A stretch of 64,000 bases of DNA from Fimbriosthenelais zetlandica (taxonomy: Eukaryota): positions 8,804,001 to 8,868,000 of the forward strand of contig OZ365119.1 in NCBI GenBank assembly GCA_977030845.1, in the 5' to 3' direction. Made by a program: the position numbers and the translations under genes. This document shows positions 1-13,000 of this stretch, piece after piece. Every line of letters begins with the position of its first letter. Within the stretch, counting starts at the first letter, position 1. The notes below the pieces were generated by a model, which was not told the origin of the DNA, searched no databases, and saw only the letters and a list, made by a program, of their open reading frames with translations.

Positions 1-3000
1 CTTTTATATGCCTGATGAGATACATAGGTCGTATTGTAAAACATAGTGGCTTAAATCACTTGCCAATCACCACAGGTAGGGAGATACATATAATAGATGG
101 TAGTGTAAAACCCACTGGCTTAGATCACATGACTATTACCACAGGGAGTGATTGTGATACCCAGTGGTTTAGATCATTTTACTTAATACCTCGGAGTCTG
201 ATGAAGTCCTAGCTGTGATGTAATTTCAGCTAGGACTCTTGGACACCAGAACTCCTGGTGAAATGGAGCAGTGCCAGTGTGAATCGATCTGACCCCGGAC
301 TGTAAATCACATGTCCACATCCACCCCCTCCTCTTCTTCTCACTTCTCGGTCCATCCCTTCACTTTTCATTACTCCCCTCACTCAGCACCATTGACCCAT
401 CACTAACTGTCCACGGTCCCCACCTACATTCTACCTCCCATTCATGCATAATGCTTTCTTTAAATTGACCTTTTTAGGAAGTGTGCGACAAACACAAAAC
501 CTGTTAGAACACCCTGCTAAAGATGCTACATGAGTATTTTATCTCCATGGAGTTAGTCTGGATAAATATTCATTTTGAGACAGACCTATGGCAGCAAAAA
601 TATGGAATGTGGCATCCTACCAAAGGTTCCGGTTTTCCGGAAGACTTTGATGTAATTGATGCGTATTTTGTAGATTAATTTTGTCATGGTAAATCGAAAA
701 AATGTTTCCATAGAATTATTATGGGAGAAATTCAGACCAACATTCTAAGCATGCCATTTTTTGGGGGTCTTTTGGTCCAGAAAGGATCCATGGCCCATTG
801 ATTTTTTAGTCGGGATGCAATACTGGGCTTTCATAACATCTTTTCCACTAGCAGATGACATGTAAGTCGTTGCTGTTTCGCTCGCTGGCTCTGAAAGTAA
901 TCTAAGAGGAAATACGATTTTATTCCTTCTTCTCGGGCGATGTCAATACTTAAACTGGAAATAGGATATCCACATAGAGCCCGTCATTATGGTGAGCCAG
1001 CCAAGACTGCATTTCTCCACACCATCCCTCCCGTCCTCATCCAAATACAATGTTTAAATATTGGTGGACTATCGATTCGCGGAGAAAAACCCATCCCACG
1101 CTTGAGGAAACTCCAAGACACCCAGGGCATCCAGCAGAAAGGTAATATTGACAGAACATGGCTGGAAAAGGGTTAAAATTACCCCTGCTGGTTGAAGGGT
1201 TAATGGGTAAAATGAAAAAGGCAAGGCAGTCAAGGTGCCCAAAGTAAAATTCAAAGCGGTCTGTGAGGTTTTAATAATCTCCCTTCCAACGGAAGATCCA
1301 CATGTTTAAATGAAAGTACAGTAACTGTTGGCATCCTAAAACCAGGAATACAGGACACTTTTTGAAAGCTCTGCATACATAAATGGTGGCCTAAAAAGCA
1401 CAGGGAATACAGCATCATTGAATAACAAGGGGTATCCTCGATGGGAAACATGGATGTGTTATATATAGCCCACAGTTGACGCAGCTCTGACTGACACATT
1501 ATGCCTATCATCCCTTGTTGGTTGCCATCAGAGATATAATGGCCATTATAGCCTTTATCTTTACCTCCTCTTTCTCTATTGCCTCTCATCTACATCATCC
1601 CTGGCCGCCCATCTTGAGATCATGCTTTATTCATGCTCATTATTATTCCCGCAGGCTAATTATATGGTCACTCATCGCTGATGCTGGGATGCAATGATAG
1701 TCTATAGAAGGCTTCAATGTTACCGCTATTATGCAAATAGCGCCCGGATGCATTTGCCTTAACATATAAAGCAATGATGGTATTACGGCGTACCCAAGTG
1801 TTCATTAAGCTTTGTGGGTTTTGTCGAGTAATGGCCTACTTATTTCATCATGCTCATCCCAAAACAATAGCTCCAGCCCTGAGTCTGTCGGGATTCTAGT
1901 AATTTCTACTTCCCCCTGTCCAGGGGGTTGGGGGGTTAGTGGATATATTGGGTATGCGTTGATTTTGAATGTATACAAGAGTGTGTGGGCATTGAGGTGT
2001 GTAAGTATGACGATAGAAATGCATGAGAATGTTGCCACATAGATGTCATAAATATGTAGCGAGGATGGATGTGTGTAGGAGCTGATAGCGCACGGAGCAG
2101 AAGTCAATCTCAGGTCCATATTCATGAAGCGCGAGGTCCTCATGCATTCTTATTGTTTCGTTCCTCTTGTATCTATTTTTGTGGATTTATATTTTTACAT
2201 TTTTGTGAGAAAGATCCATCTGAGATGACATTTTCATTAGAGTTTGCTGTGTGATTTTTGGCTGAGCCTACGCCATTCTCACGCTTCTCACTACAATTGA
2301 TTGGTGTCCAACTCTAAGGGACAGGCACCCCCTAATCTCAGGCATAAAATCCAGGGGTTAAAGGTTGGAACATTTCAAAAATCCCCTCAATCCTGAAAAC
2401 CGCTGGGGGGTAAAATGCGTTGGGGTTCGGGAACCTAGAATGGACCAATAGGAGACGGGCATGAGATCACATGATCCCATCAGGTCTGGTCAGTGACGCG
2501 TGGGCACATTGTGATTAGTACCTCACTCAGTCACTAGGTGGCTGGGGGACGTCACTTATTGCCGCTAGCTCCACCTGCGGCTTGTCTGATTGAGTTTTCA
2601 GCTTTTATGACTTACAGGAAGCATTGGCTGGAGCTGGGGTCATGGATTAGTGGTTTTATTGGGGAGTTCCACTTGGGAATAAATGCAACTTTTAATTGAA
2701 TTCAAGGCCCTTTTCATATCACCCATGCCGATAGCCATACAGGTACTCTCATAAACCCATCATGTGTCTCACATTTAAACTGGTCCAGATCAAGTTTGGT
2801 TCAATCTTTCAACAAGATTCAAACATTTTAGGAGTCATGTTGCTGGGTAAAAATTCCATTTTAGCCCAGAAGAACAAAAGTTTAAAATTCCCAAGCAACC
2901 TATCAAGCGTAACCCCATCCCTTGATACCAATGGTTCGGGGGGCACCAGAGACACACGAGTCTAGTCCTCAGGTTGGCTACTTGGTGGCGCTGACTTAAA

Positions 3001-3560
3001 CTAATGCCACCCTTGCCTTAAGCATTGCGGCATTATTGCCACCGATGCATCAAGTGGCGGTGAAGGTGTCTGTCATGGACTGACGGAAGTACCTTCTTCA
3101 GAAACGCTGCTTCCTTTCTAAAGCAATCAAAAGGTTGAATGGCTAGCCTTGAAGGTCTCGTGTGAAGGGTGAGGGTGACCCGGGGCAGAACCTAATGAGG
3201 CCAAGATTGATATGGCATGCAAAGGAGGAATATTGAGGTGAATAGGGAGAGTTATGATTGATGAATGGAGCAGGTCATTTACATGTACCTCTGACATGCG
3301 TCCAGGTTAGCATTACAAGGGTACAGGTGATGCTACGTGTTCACTGCAAAAGGTACTACTCTACATAAACCTACAGCGTGACATACCATATCACTCAATC
3401 CAAACTAAAATCTACGCCAATATCTCACATATATAATGATGATTAGACCTACATAGTAAAATCTACCCTTTATAATCTATACCTTACCTATATTAATGGT
3501 TTAAGATTTGTATTATTGTGTAGAATACTACCTTCTGCCTCGTTTACTGTTTCGATTCAC

Positions 3561-3590
3561 ACTTACCTGAAACGAAAAAGAAATACAATT
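3561..3590 (-). other. Candidate recursive splice site (ratchet point), 3'ss/5'ss junction at 3567/3566
   Basis: The minus strand reads gtatttctttttcgtttCAG|GTAAGT: a long polypyrimidine tract and CAG directly followed by a perfect donor consensus. Confidence 0.6.
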
Positions 3591-5045
3591 TAGTTTTGAG
3601 ATTAAACATCATTTGTGGGACATATATATAGGACAGAGCTTTAACACCTTTTGGTAAATAAATGAACAATAAGTACAAACAGAGATGTAAGATATGGTAT
3701 TGTCTTCTGGCATAACGGATATGTTATGACAGACGTAATAGAGGAGATGAGCTTTCTTTGCTTGGTGATCTTGCTTTAATGTCCTATTTCTATACCACCC
3801 ATATGGCTCCCCCTGTCAGGCTGTCACGCCCCTCACAGCGTGGTGGAGGCGGTGTCTCATACATATATATAGCCCTACCATCTACCTACATACCGTCTTC
3901 TATCCGGTAATATGCTAACTGTCATGCTAGCCTATATGTCAAGCCTTCTCAACTCTTAGTCTCATGAACCTATAGTCTATTCTGAAGGGCGTTTCCCTTC
4001 AATTCAACAATCAGCGAGTAAAATGCGATGAAAGAATGCAGTAGTTTCTATAAAATAGAGAATTATTCATGATAGTGTTTGCTTGGAAGATCTTGCAGTT
4101 GAATTCAATTGAAGACGTAGTAGAGAGAGACCTCCAGCTAGCAAGCTTCCGCTCACACATCCGCCTTGAAATATCCATCATTTTCTAGAGGTCTATAAAT
4201 CACTTAGTGGAGGAAATGAAAGCTGACATGGTATCCAAAGGCAAGATAAAAACTCTCTTGTGTTACATCATAAAATATGCATCCGCTGCATCTTTTTCTG
4301 ATCATGCATTTGTTACAGGCTTTTTAGAACAGGACTGTCTACATGGTATAAAAGGGTCGCCTTGGTTTCCAAGGTGATATGACAAGGAAAAAGATGGAGG
4401 CTTTTTAATTCCATCACTTCTTGCTTCCCAACATCCTGGCAGCCTACTTGGGATCAAATGTAGTAACCGCGCAATTTATATCTAAACCTTTTCTGCGTCT
4501 AAGTCTCTTGACTGATTTTCTTAACTAAATTCAGCACAACGTTCTAGGAACAGTTTTTCCGTTGGTTTTCGGAAGGGTTCCTTGTTTGCAGTTGACCCAT
4601 GGCCGTATTGCATCCGAGGCCAGCGCAGGTGATCAATTCCCAGGCCAGCGATCAATACGAGAACCCTCTTGTATTTCCCTTAGGATTTCTCATGTTTTTT
4701 CAATTCCTTCCTCGGTGGATACGAGGATGCTACTTATATTGGGGCACGAATCCTAACCCACTTTACCCTTCAAGGTTATCCCAAGGTCAAGTAACCTCTC
4801 CAGGTTACAATATCTCAGAGGGGGTCAGTTTCACTAAGTTACATTCATTTCTCTTCATTTCCACCTGCTTCAGAAGATTTCCCTGAAACGAGCCTTGACC
4901 CTGAAGGTCATATCAAGGTCAGGTAGAGGTCAGAATATCAAAGAAATGAGTACATTGACCCTGACGAGATTGATGGAATCAGAGCACGTATCTCATGACA
5001 ATTGGTCGTATTTAAAGATTGTAAATGGAGGTGGAGGAATAGAGA

Positions 5046-5130
5046 GGGAGTGGAGTGATGGGGTTGATTTGGGGGTTGAGTTGGGGGGAGTGGAGTGATG
5101 GGGTTGATTTGGGGGTTGAGTTGGGGGGAG
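5046..5130. repeat. Perfect 40-bp G-rich tandem duplication (potential G-quadruplex)
   Basis: tggagtgatggggttgatttgggggttgagttggggggag occurs at 5051-5090 and 5091-5130. Confidence 0.95.
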
Positions 5131-7757
5131 GTGGGATAATGAGTATTGAGCTGATTAGAGCAGGTATAATGATTCATGGGGTGTAGGGTGGTCGGGTTAA
5201 TGGTGAGTGTCTAGGTACAATATGAGAGGTAATTACCTGCCCTCACACTCTCTCCACGTCTCTACCTCACTTATTCCTCACACCTCAACTTATTTCTCAA
5301 GAGGAAATTACCAAAACATTTCGTATCATCAAGTAGTCAGATCTAAATTTTTACCCAACTACATCTGCCTTCGCATGACCAAAAGGAACACTTCCATGCC
5401 AAAACAACCTACCTACGTGTACATACACAAATTTCATTAATTTCCTCCAAGATGGGAGTAACTGTAGGCGAGGCAAATCACGGCAAATAACACCGTGTTA
5501 TATTCAATATGGCCGACCGACAAGTGTTTATTTTTCGCCTGTTTTATCTTGCATTTGCCTAGTTTTGAAAGTCTTTTTGCTACTCAGACTCAGATGCATT
5601 TTACCACTGACATCCCCATGTTTGACTATAAAATCTGTTCAAGAAAAGTACCACTAAATATGAAACTGTACAGAAGTAACTATGATCCGAGTGTACATGC
5701 AGATCTCATCAGCAATTAGGTCTAATGACAAAACAAGCCAGTCTACCTAAGGTAGCAACATCTGCCGCTGACAGCCAGCTAAAAGGCCAGCCCGGCCTGC
5801 CTTACACTTACATACATTCCTCTCATCAAATATTCATAGATAAATATTGTATATAGCTTAGGGGAGGAGGACGCTCCTTCACCTTGTGAGATAGGAAAGT
5901 AAGGGCCTGGCAGGGTGGTTCTACTTACATATACATACATATAGGTTCTTATATTTGGGACTTATGTCTGCTAAATGTTCTGGGAACGTTGCCGACTGGG
6001 AATGAAGCCCAAAGGGGCATAGTGCTCTTCTCATCACTGCCCCTTGTGGTCCTGCTCTTCCACTTGCTCCTGCTCCTATCCACCCCTTCCCCACCCCCTT
6101 AGCTTCCAATGTTTCCCCGAAGTCCCCTCCATCCAGATCTAGCTTTTCATTTTGGGGGTGGTTGGGGGTGTCCAAAGCTTGCAACTGCGGGCACAAAATT
6201 GACCCTTCGCAGCTGCTATAAGGTACAAATACCCCTAAACCGCCCCCCTTAGGAGTACCACTTGCCTTCTGTCCTTTCTGTTTAGATTTATGTACAGAGA
6301 AACCCCAGCTCACTGGGCAGCAGAAAATGGACCCTTTCCTGCAGGCTACGAACACAGTTGAACCTGATGGGCCCCCTAAACCCCCTCACTACGGCTGCCA
6401 GCCCCCCAGCCGCCACCCAAACCCCCCACTAACTTCCCTCCTGTACTGCTCTTTCTGTTTACACGTACAACCTTGGAGTAAGCCTGTACATAGACCAGCT
6501 CCCCACCTCCCGTGTATAGAGTATTGATTGAGACTGGCCGACACTGACTGGCCGAGGCCCAGCCCAAGCCTGTCAGTGGGAAGCCATCATCAAATTAGAA
6601 CCACCCTGATTTCACATGCCACTTCACTGCTGTCCGTATAAACAGGGGTTAAACGGGGTCCAGAGCTGTCCACATGACAAATAATCAACTCCTTATTAAA
6701 CTATTTCCTACCGGATCAAAATGCACCACCACCAGAAGAGATGGTCTGTCAGGCATCAGGGTTCTGGTTTATAACACTCAAAAATCATATATACTAGTTA
6801 TCGGTATCTATAATCTGATATTATAGCCCTAAAATAATCTCTTATCATTTGCAGTACCAGTACTCGTTGGTGGTACTTACTTATTGTGGACTATATTCTG
6901 GATTTATGGTTTAACTGTTTGCCCAGTTCTGGATGGCAGTGTTTGCATTGTGGTCTCTGCACCTAGAGTACCCAACCATACCTGGATTTATTCCTCTATT
7001 TATCCAAGCATAAAAACACATTCTGCGCCACCCTCATGAGGCAGACAAAAACATGAAAGGTGGGTTAAACCACTTTGCATCAGAAGTAATTTTGGAGTTT
7101 TGTGGACTGCGGTATTGTACCGTTATCGACCATGAACCATTCACCACTTTGTACCTCGGTGGTTCAGTGGTAGGTCTGGTACCTCCATCTTGGATCCTTA
7201 CACAGGTATGACTCAGCAATATTGATTCTGACTCGGTGCAACAAGCACGCACCTCTCTCGTCGGTATTGTTTCCGCTCTCTACCTATTTTTAAATACAAC
7301 CAACTACTAGGTCACATCTTCGGGTAAAAACTGGACATGCAATGTATATATATGGAAATGAGGTGAGTCGGAAGTATCCAAAAGCCTGGATGATAACTCA
7401 GATATGTATCATGGGGATGAGCTGGCAGTGGCTGGCTTCTCCATCCAGTTTGAACTATTGGGCTTAACTGACTGATGAGTGGTTGCTTTATTTCCCATAG
7501 GTCCTAACCCACTAACATTTTGTGGGGGTCTTATTATTGGGGGGACGGGGGGTATTCATATTTGATTCATAGAGGCAGTATTTGTTAATGAATATGGATC
7601 ACGACACATGTCAGCCCTCGCCGCTGCCGAGCCAGGAAAACGCGAGGTCAGGTTATGACTAAGATGAAACAAATGTCATCATTCACCCATTCATCACAAG
7701 GAAATAAATACCTCTGATCCGCCTTTTTCTTAGTCTGGCTTCCCTCAGCTTATTATT

Positions 7758-7980
7758 GATAGGCTTTTCTTTGAGGACAGATACAGAAGTTCAGGCAAAA
7801 ATAGAAGCTACAGTCACCCTTGGCATAAGGTATTAGGAATGGTGACACCATTCGATTGAGGTCACCAGTGATAGGCTTTTCCAAAGTTCTTGTTCTTTGT
7901 AGAGCGAACAGATACAGAACTTAAAAATAGAGGCTACAGTCAGTCACCCCTTTACATCAGGTTTTGGTGATGGTGACACT
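7758..7980. repeat. Diverged ~110-bp tandem duplication
   Basis: Shared blocks gataggctttt, acagatacagaa, aaaaatagaRgctacagtca and atggtgacac appear in the same order twice. Confidence 0.8.
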
Positions 7981-9972
7981 GCAAGAACACTGGCGATAGT
8001 CTCACAAACTTTCGCTTACACCACTTGTATACATTACCCTGTTGTTTAACTGTATTTGCTGCAACAGATCTTTTTCAAACGGGAGCCAGCTATCCCTTGC
8101 AGGAGTCATAGCAGGATTTTTTCCTGTAAGATGTTGCAGATACCAGTGACAGTTATAGGTTATAAAACAAGGGGATTTGTATCCCTTGCTATGCCTTTGC
8201 TGTGACACCCTAGGATTTCTTACCATCACAATGATGGTTCACCAGCGGAACATAGAGCTGAGAGAGTTGGCCAACTTGGGTCAAACACCCTCCTCTTGCT
8301 CTTTCTTTTCACCCTCCTCGTCTCCTCCTCGTCCTACCCTCCCAGACCCACCTGTAATTCTATCATTAATCACCTAATGGTGAAGCCTCATGGTAGATGG
8401 ATGGGTAAATGAACTAACACCCAGCCCCCGACCAGCATGATGGATGCACTGTCACAACACATCTCATCCTCCAGATGGAAAACAAAAAAACTCCATCCAT
8501 GCTTTTAATTTCTAGTCTGGAATCATCTAAAGTTGGAGCACATCCTTCAAAAATGATGCTGGGAAGATGAGCAGGGGGACAGCTTGAGAGATCCAGCCTA
8601 AATGTCAGCGACGTGGAAATAATGTTATGTTAGAGAGATTAAGGTATCTAAGTACGCCGTGGGATTGCATTTTCGGAAAAGTGCACAAGCCGTCAGGAGT
8701 TGAATTCATAATGCTCTCTCAACTTTATATGTGATTTTTACCCCCAGCTGAAACTAATAAGAAACTTCATAACAGATAGGCAACTTCATAACGTTATAAC
8801 ATATGGAATAACGCCTTAAAGTAAAAACTCTAGATAACCAAGAATTGCCAAGTCAGAATATGTCTAAAGGCATTGCTGTGTTACAGAAAAACATTAGCTG
8901 CAATCTAATTCATGCATGAAGCATAGAAAAAATGTCCAAGAAGAGTGATTTGGTTTGTCCTATATAGTTCAGCGAGGTTTTTTACTTGGTTATTGTGGAC
9001 CTTCAACCTCACCCCTAATGCCCTCCAGAATCAAAAGAAGCCTCCTAACTAAGCGAGTAACCCTAGACGCCCAGCCCTGCCTTCTGTTAATGGACAAGGC
9101 TAGGTTTCACTTAGCCTTAATTAACTTTAATCAGGACTTGGTTTCAATGAGGAAAAAACTAATAAGGGATATTTGTGCAGAGGCTATGCTGATCTGTCGA
9201 TTAATGTGAAGAGTCAGATAGCTTCTGAAAACAGAAGATAATTAATACTGGCCAGAACCCTACAATGATATCACCATTTCGATATATTTTTTTAAATCAA
9301 AGATTTTTGTCTGCTCTGACTTGGGTTCATTGCACGAAGTACATGTCATAAGAGACATTTTTTTAAATGAGAAGAAGTTCTTGAGTATGAAGTAACAAGC
9401 CTGCGGCTCTTCAAGACCTTGCTCAGCTTAATTCCAAGGTATAAAGAAGCCCTAAAGTTGTGTAAGTTATTGAAGCTTAGATGTATAACCAGGGCCGGAT
9501 ACAGGATGGATGATGGGCCAGCTCTCTAAGACTGCTTGAGAGTCTTCAGTGAAATGAGGGAGCGGGGAGAGAGCGATAAAAGAACTCCCTCAGTGGACAC
9601 TTGGGAATATAGCGAGGAGAAATGGAGCTCAGATAAATGAACTTTAAGAGCGCTGTTGAAAGGGTTTTCATTCACATAAATCCTCTAACTTTTGGTTCCC
9701 TCATCGTCTCCTATTTCCTCCTTCCCCTGCTCAAGTTCCTCCACCTATTTTTCCTCCCCATCTTTTTCCCCTTTCCATCTCCTCCCCTTTGTACTTTTTG
9801 GTCTCCTTGTCTTCTACTTGAAAATCTCCTTGTTCATCGGTTTTAGGTAGATGCCAGATTGGGATGGTCCGCTTTCACATGCTACTTAAACAGATGTTAA
9901 ACAAAACGAAAGTAAAGTAGAGAACAACAAAGTTCAAAATGAAGACCAGAGCAGTTTCAGCTAGGGCTTAAG

Positions 9973-10058
9973 TTGGCTGGATCCAGGTTTTTTTCAATGG
10001 GGTCACTTTGCTAAAGAGTGGTTGCAACCCTCCAACTGAACCCCTGGAAGCAGCCCCA
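9973..10058. mobile_element. Third, shorter copy of the TIR-bounded element family
   Basis: ttggctggatccaggttttttt ... cccctggaagcagcccca form degenerate inverted ends. Confidence 0.4.
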
Positions 10059-13000
10059 GCAATCCATTCCAGGATCCAGACCCCAAAATCTGACCGATAC
10101 CTTTTCACTAATTTCAGTCCCAAAGCATTACATAAAACTACAATTATGGCATAAGTTTTTGCGCTTATTTTGACCGATGCCTATGCTTTGATCAGTATGA
10201 TCGATGGTACAGGAACTGGCCTGGAACATCTTCCTGTGAAGGAAGGCCCATTTCCTTGTATTCCCATATATACCAAGGCTCTGCCTGGAGGAACCCCACT
10301 AAATCCAGCTTACAAGACAGAATACCCAGATACCAATCCCCATCCTCCTGTATCCTACCACTGATCCATGGGTTTGATCCTCCTGGGTGGCTAAATCTGC
10401 TCCAGGGCTGGGGTCAGGTTTCTTCAGTCCCAGTGTGTGTGACTCATACCCAGTACTCTGACCCAGTGATGGTTGTCACACTGATGCATGGTTGTGTGCA
10501 CTTACAGAGGTGTATGCCAATAAGGTTGGTCAGGTATTTGTAAGTGCATATCGCGAACATTAACGCAACATTTGTATCGCGAAAGTGGCACAGTAACACC
10601 TGTGAAAATACCATTTATATCTGAAACGTCTCCACGTTATTGAAAAGGAACCTAAAGATTTAGGCTATCAGAGTTGAATTGGTTGCGTTAAAATAAGCAA
10701 CAATACCGGATTATCAAATTTTCAGTTAGTTGTATGAAATTTGGTGATCTAAATTATCAGAATGAAAGAAAAGATAGTGTAGCTGAGTATTTTGGATATC
10801 CATCAACGTTTGTTTTGTCTAATATGGTGCCCCATTTTAAGAAACAAACCTTGACAAGTTGTCATATAAATGAAGAATAGGACGAAAGAAGAAAAAAACT
10901 AGATTCTCCAGGGATATTGGCTTGGTCTAAATGATGAATGCTTCTGTCAAACTGGAAGAGAAATATATCTGTAGTACCTCCCTAGAGAGTCAGTCGGCCT
11001 TAGATCCCCTCTAAACCCAAACCACAAAGTGTCTGGCTCCCAATAAAAACCCCCCGGCCCTAATACAATATATCAAATAACGCTTGCCAACAATACATAT
11101 TCCATTCTCAGAAATTCATAGCTTCGTAGTTTCTATTTGTTTTGCGGGGATTGGAAAGATTGAAGGAGGCAGTTTGGGACTGGAGGAGGAAAGCGTCAGT
11201 GAGAAGGATAATTTTATGAAGGAAAACAAAAAGGAAATCTTGGCAATCAGCTTCTGAAGGATTATGTTACTGACATTTAAGTGTGGAGTAACTTGGGGGA
11301 AGGGTAATCCATTAGGAGTAACTGATAAGTGGGGGTATCTAATGTCAAATATCCAGCGACAAAATTGCGACACCCCACCCACACAAGTTAGGGCAAGATA
11401 CATGACTGAATTACTAAAATAGATTAGATTAGACATAAACACACAAAAAATATATTAGACATCTTGTAGACCGATTTTTTTTGTCATTAAGGGACTTGGC
11501 TTCCGAATATCAAAAACCTCGATATACATTCGTGCTCCTTATTGTCACTGTAACGGATATATTAAATTTTTCAAGTTATTAATTTGAACCTGATCTCATA
11601 TCCGTATGCTCAGGAATTTATCGTACGAGATATCAATTATCTCTGCGAGGTAATGCACATGTACTTTCCAAACTTGTGACCACCGTGGTTGATAGTGGAC
11701 TTTCCATAATGACAAACTTGTATGGGAGAGATATACTCCTGAGGTAATTGTAAACCAAAAAGCCTCATATATATCTGTCAGACATCAATCTCCGAGGGAT
11801 ACAAATACATACAAGTATGACGGCCATACGCAGCCTCACTACTGCATTGCCCAAATCTACTTATCACTTGTTGCCATGTCTCCTGGGCCTTGGGACTATT
11901 TGGGCAACCTTTTACCCGCTTGGAAAACACAGCACATATGAATCATAGGAGCCCGTGGCAGATGAGTCCCAGCTGTATCTCTGGGTTACGTGAGGCTTGG
12001 CGTTTCGGGATACGATCACCAGCAAACTACTAATGTGATGTACAAGGGCATTAGGCCCGCAGTTAACCCAATTTCCACCAAAAAATCAAACCCGCAAAAG
12101 ATACTCCAAAAGTGATGATTCAATTGGCAGGGTTCAAATGATGCCATACCTCATTGAAATGATCTTTTGAGAACTATAGGAAGTGCACGGTCAAAAGTCT
12201 GAGGGATGTCTTTCTATTGATGTTTCTTGATGGAATACATTCCGCTCTGATAGACTGACTAAATAATGTACAGTGAAAATATCGTTGGGCAGTTCACATG
12301 GCGCTATAAATCATAAGGACATGTAGGCCACTCGGTAACGGTCACTAAATGGTTTGCTGCATCCAGTGGGAGACGCCTTCTAAAGCCTTTTCTGGTTTCT
12401 GCAGGCTTGAATCGACCCTGCTCCGGGCCCTGACCCAAAGCATATGATATATGGAACCAATAATGGGCCAACTTAGACAGGAGCTGGGATCTTATTCATG
12501 GTCTTCATAGCTCGGGTATTCCGATGGAATGACTTGGGTATTGGGAAGGATAATATGTGATGGGAAATGAGGGTTGAAAAGATTAGGGTTCAGTGTCAGG
12601 GCACTGGGGGAAACATCTTCATCGTAATCGCCTTCCACTGAATGTCCCTCAAGATGTCCCTACATTATATTCACCCTGTACACCTTAATAAAAATATATA
12701 ACGCCATGCATGTCTTCCAAGTGATAGCATTCCTTACCCTGTCTATAATGATAAAACATAAGCGTCATCATAGCAACTTTTTCCTTTAAGCCCAGCCCCA
12801 TCCCACCCTCACGTCTTTTTTTAGGGTAAAACCCCCTTTCATTACCTAGTTAAGCACCTCTTTAAAACCAGCCTCTGATGTTCCCTGTTGCCATAGTAAC
12901 CTGGGACAGTGCAGTCTTAGATGTTTTTTGTTGTCGTCATTGATGATTTTCCGGGCCGCCATTAAGGGGATAGGGATTGGCTATATTAACAGAGACATGA

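Noticed and set aside
190-299. Open phase-2 minus segment (PGSDRFTLALLHF...) as the second half-Ig exon
   Set aside because: Weak acceptor and no DxGxYxC motif.
5921-6567. Overlapping 60-144 aa ORFs in a GC-richer patch
   Set aside because: No recognisable domain or splice signals; the open frames are explained by G/C-run composition.
9130-9225. Strong minus acceptor followed by SYLTLHIN, resembling an Ig E strand
   Set aside because: It has no F-strand Tyr/Cys, reaches a stop, and has no suitable donor.
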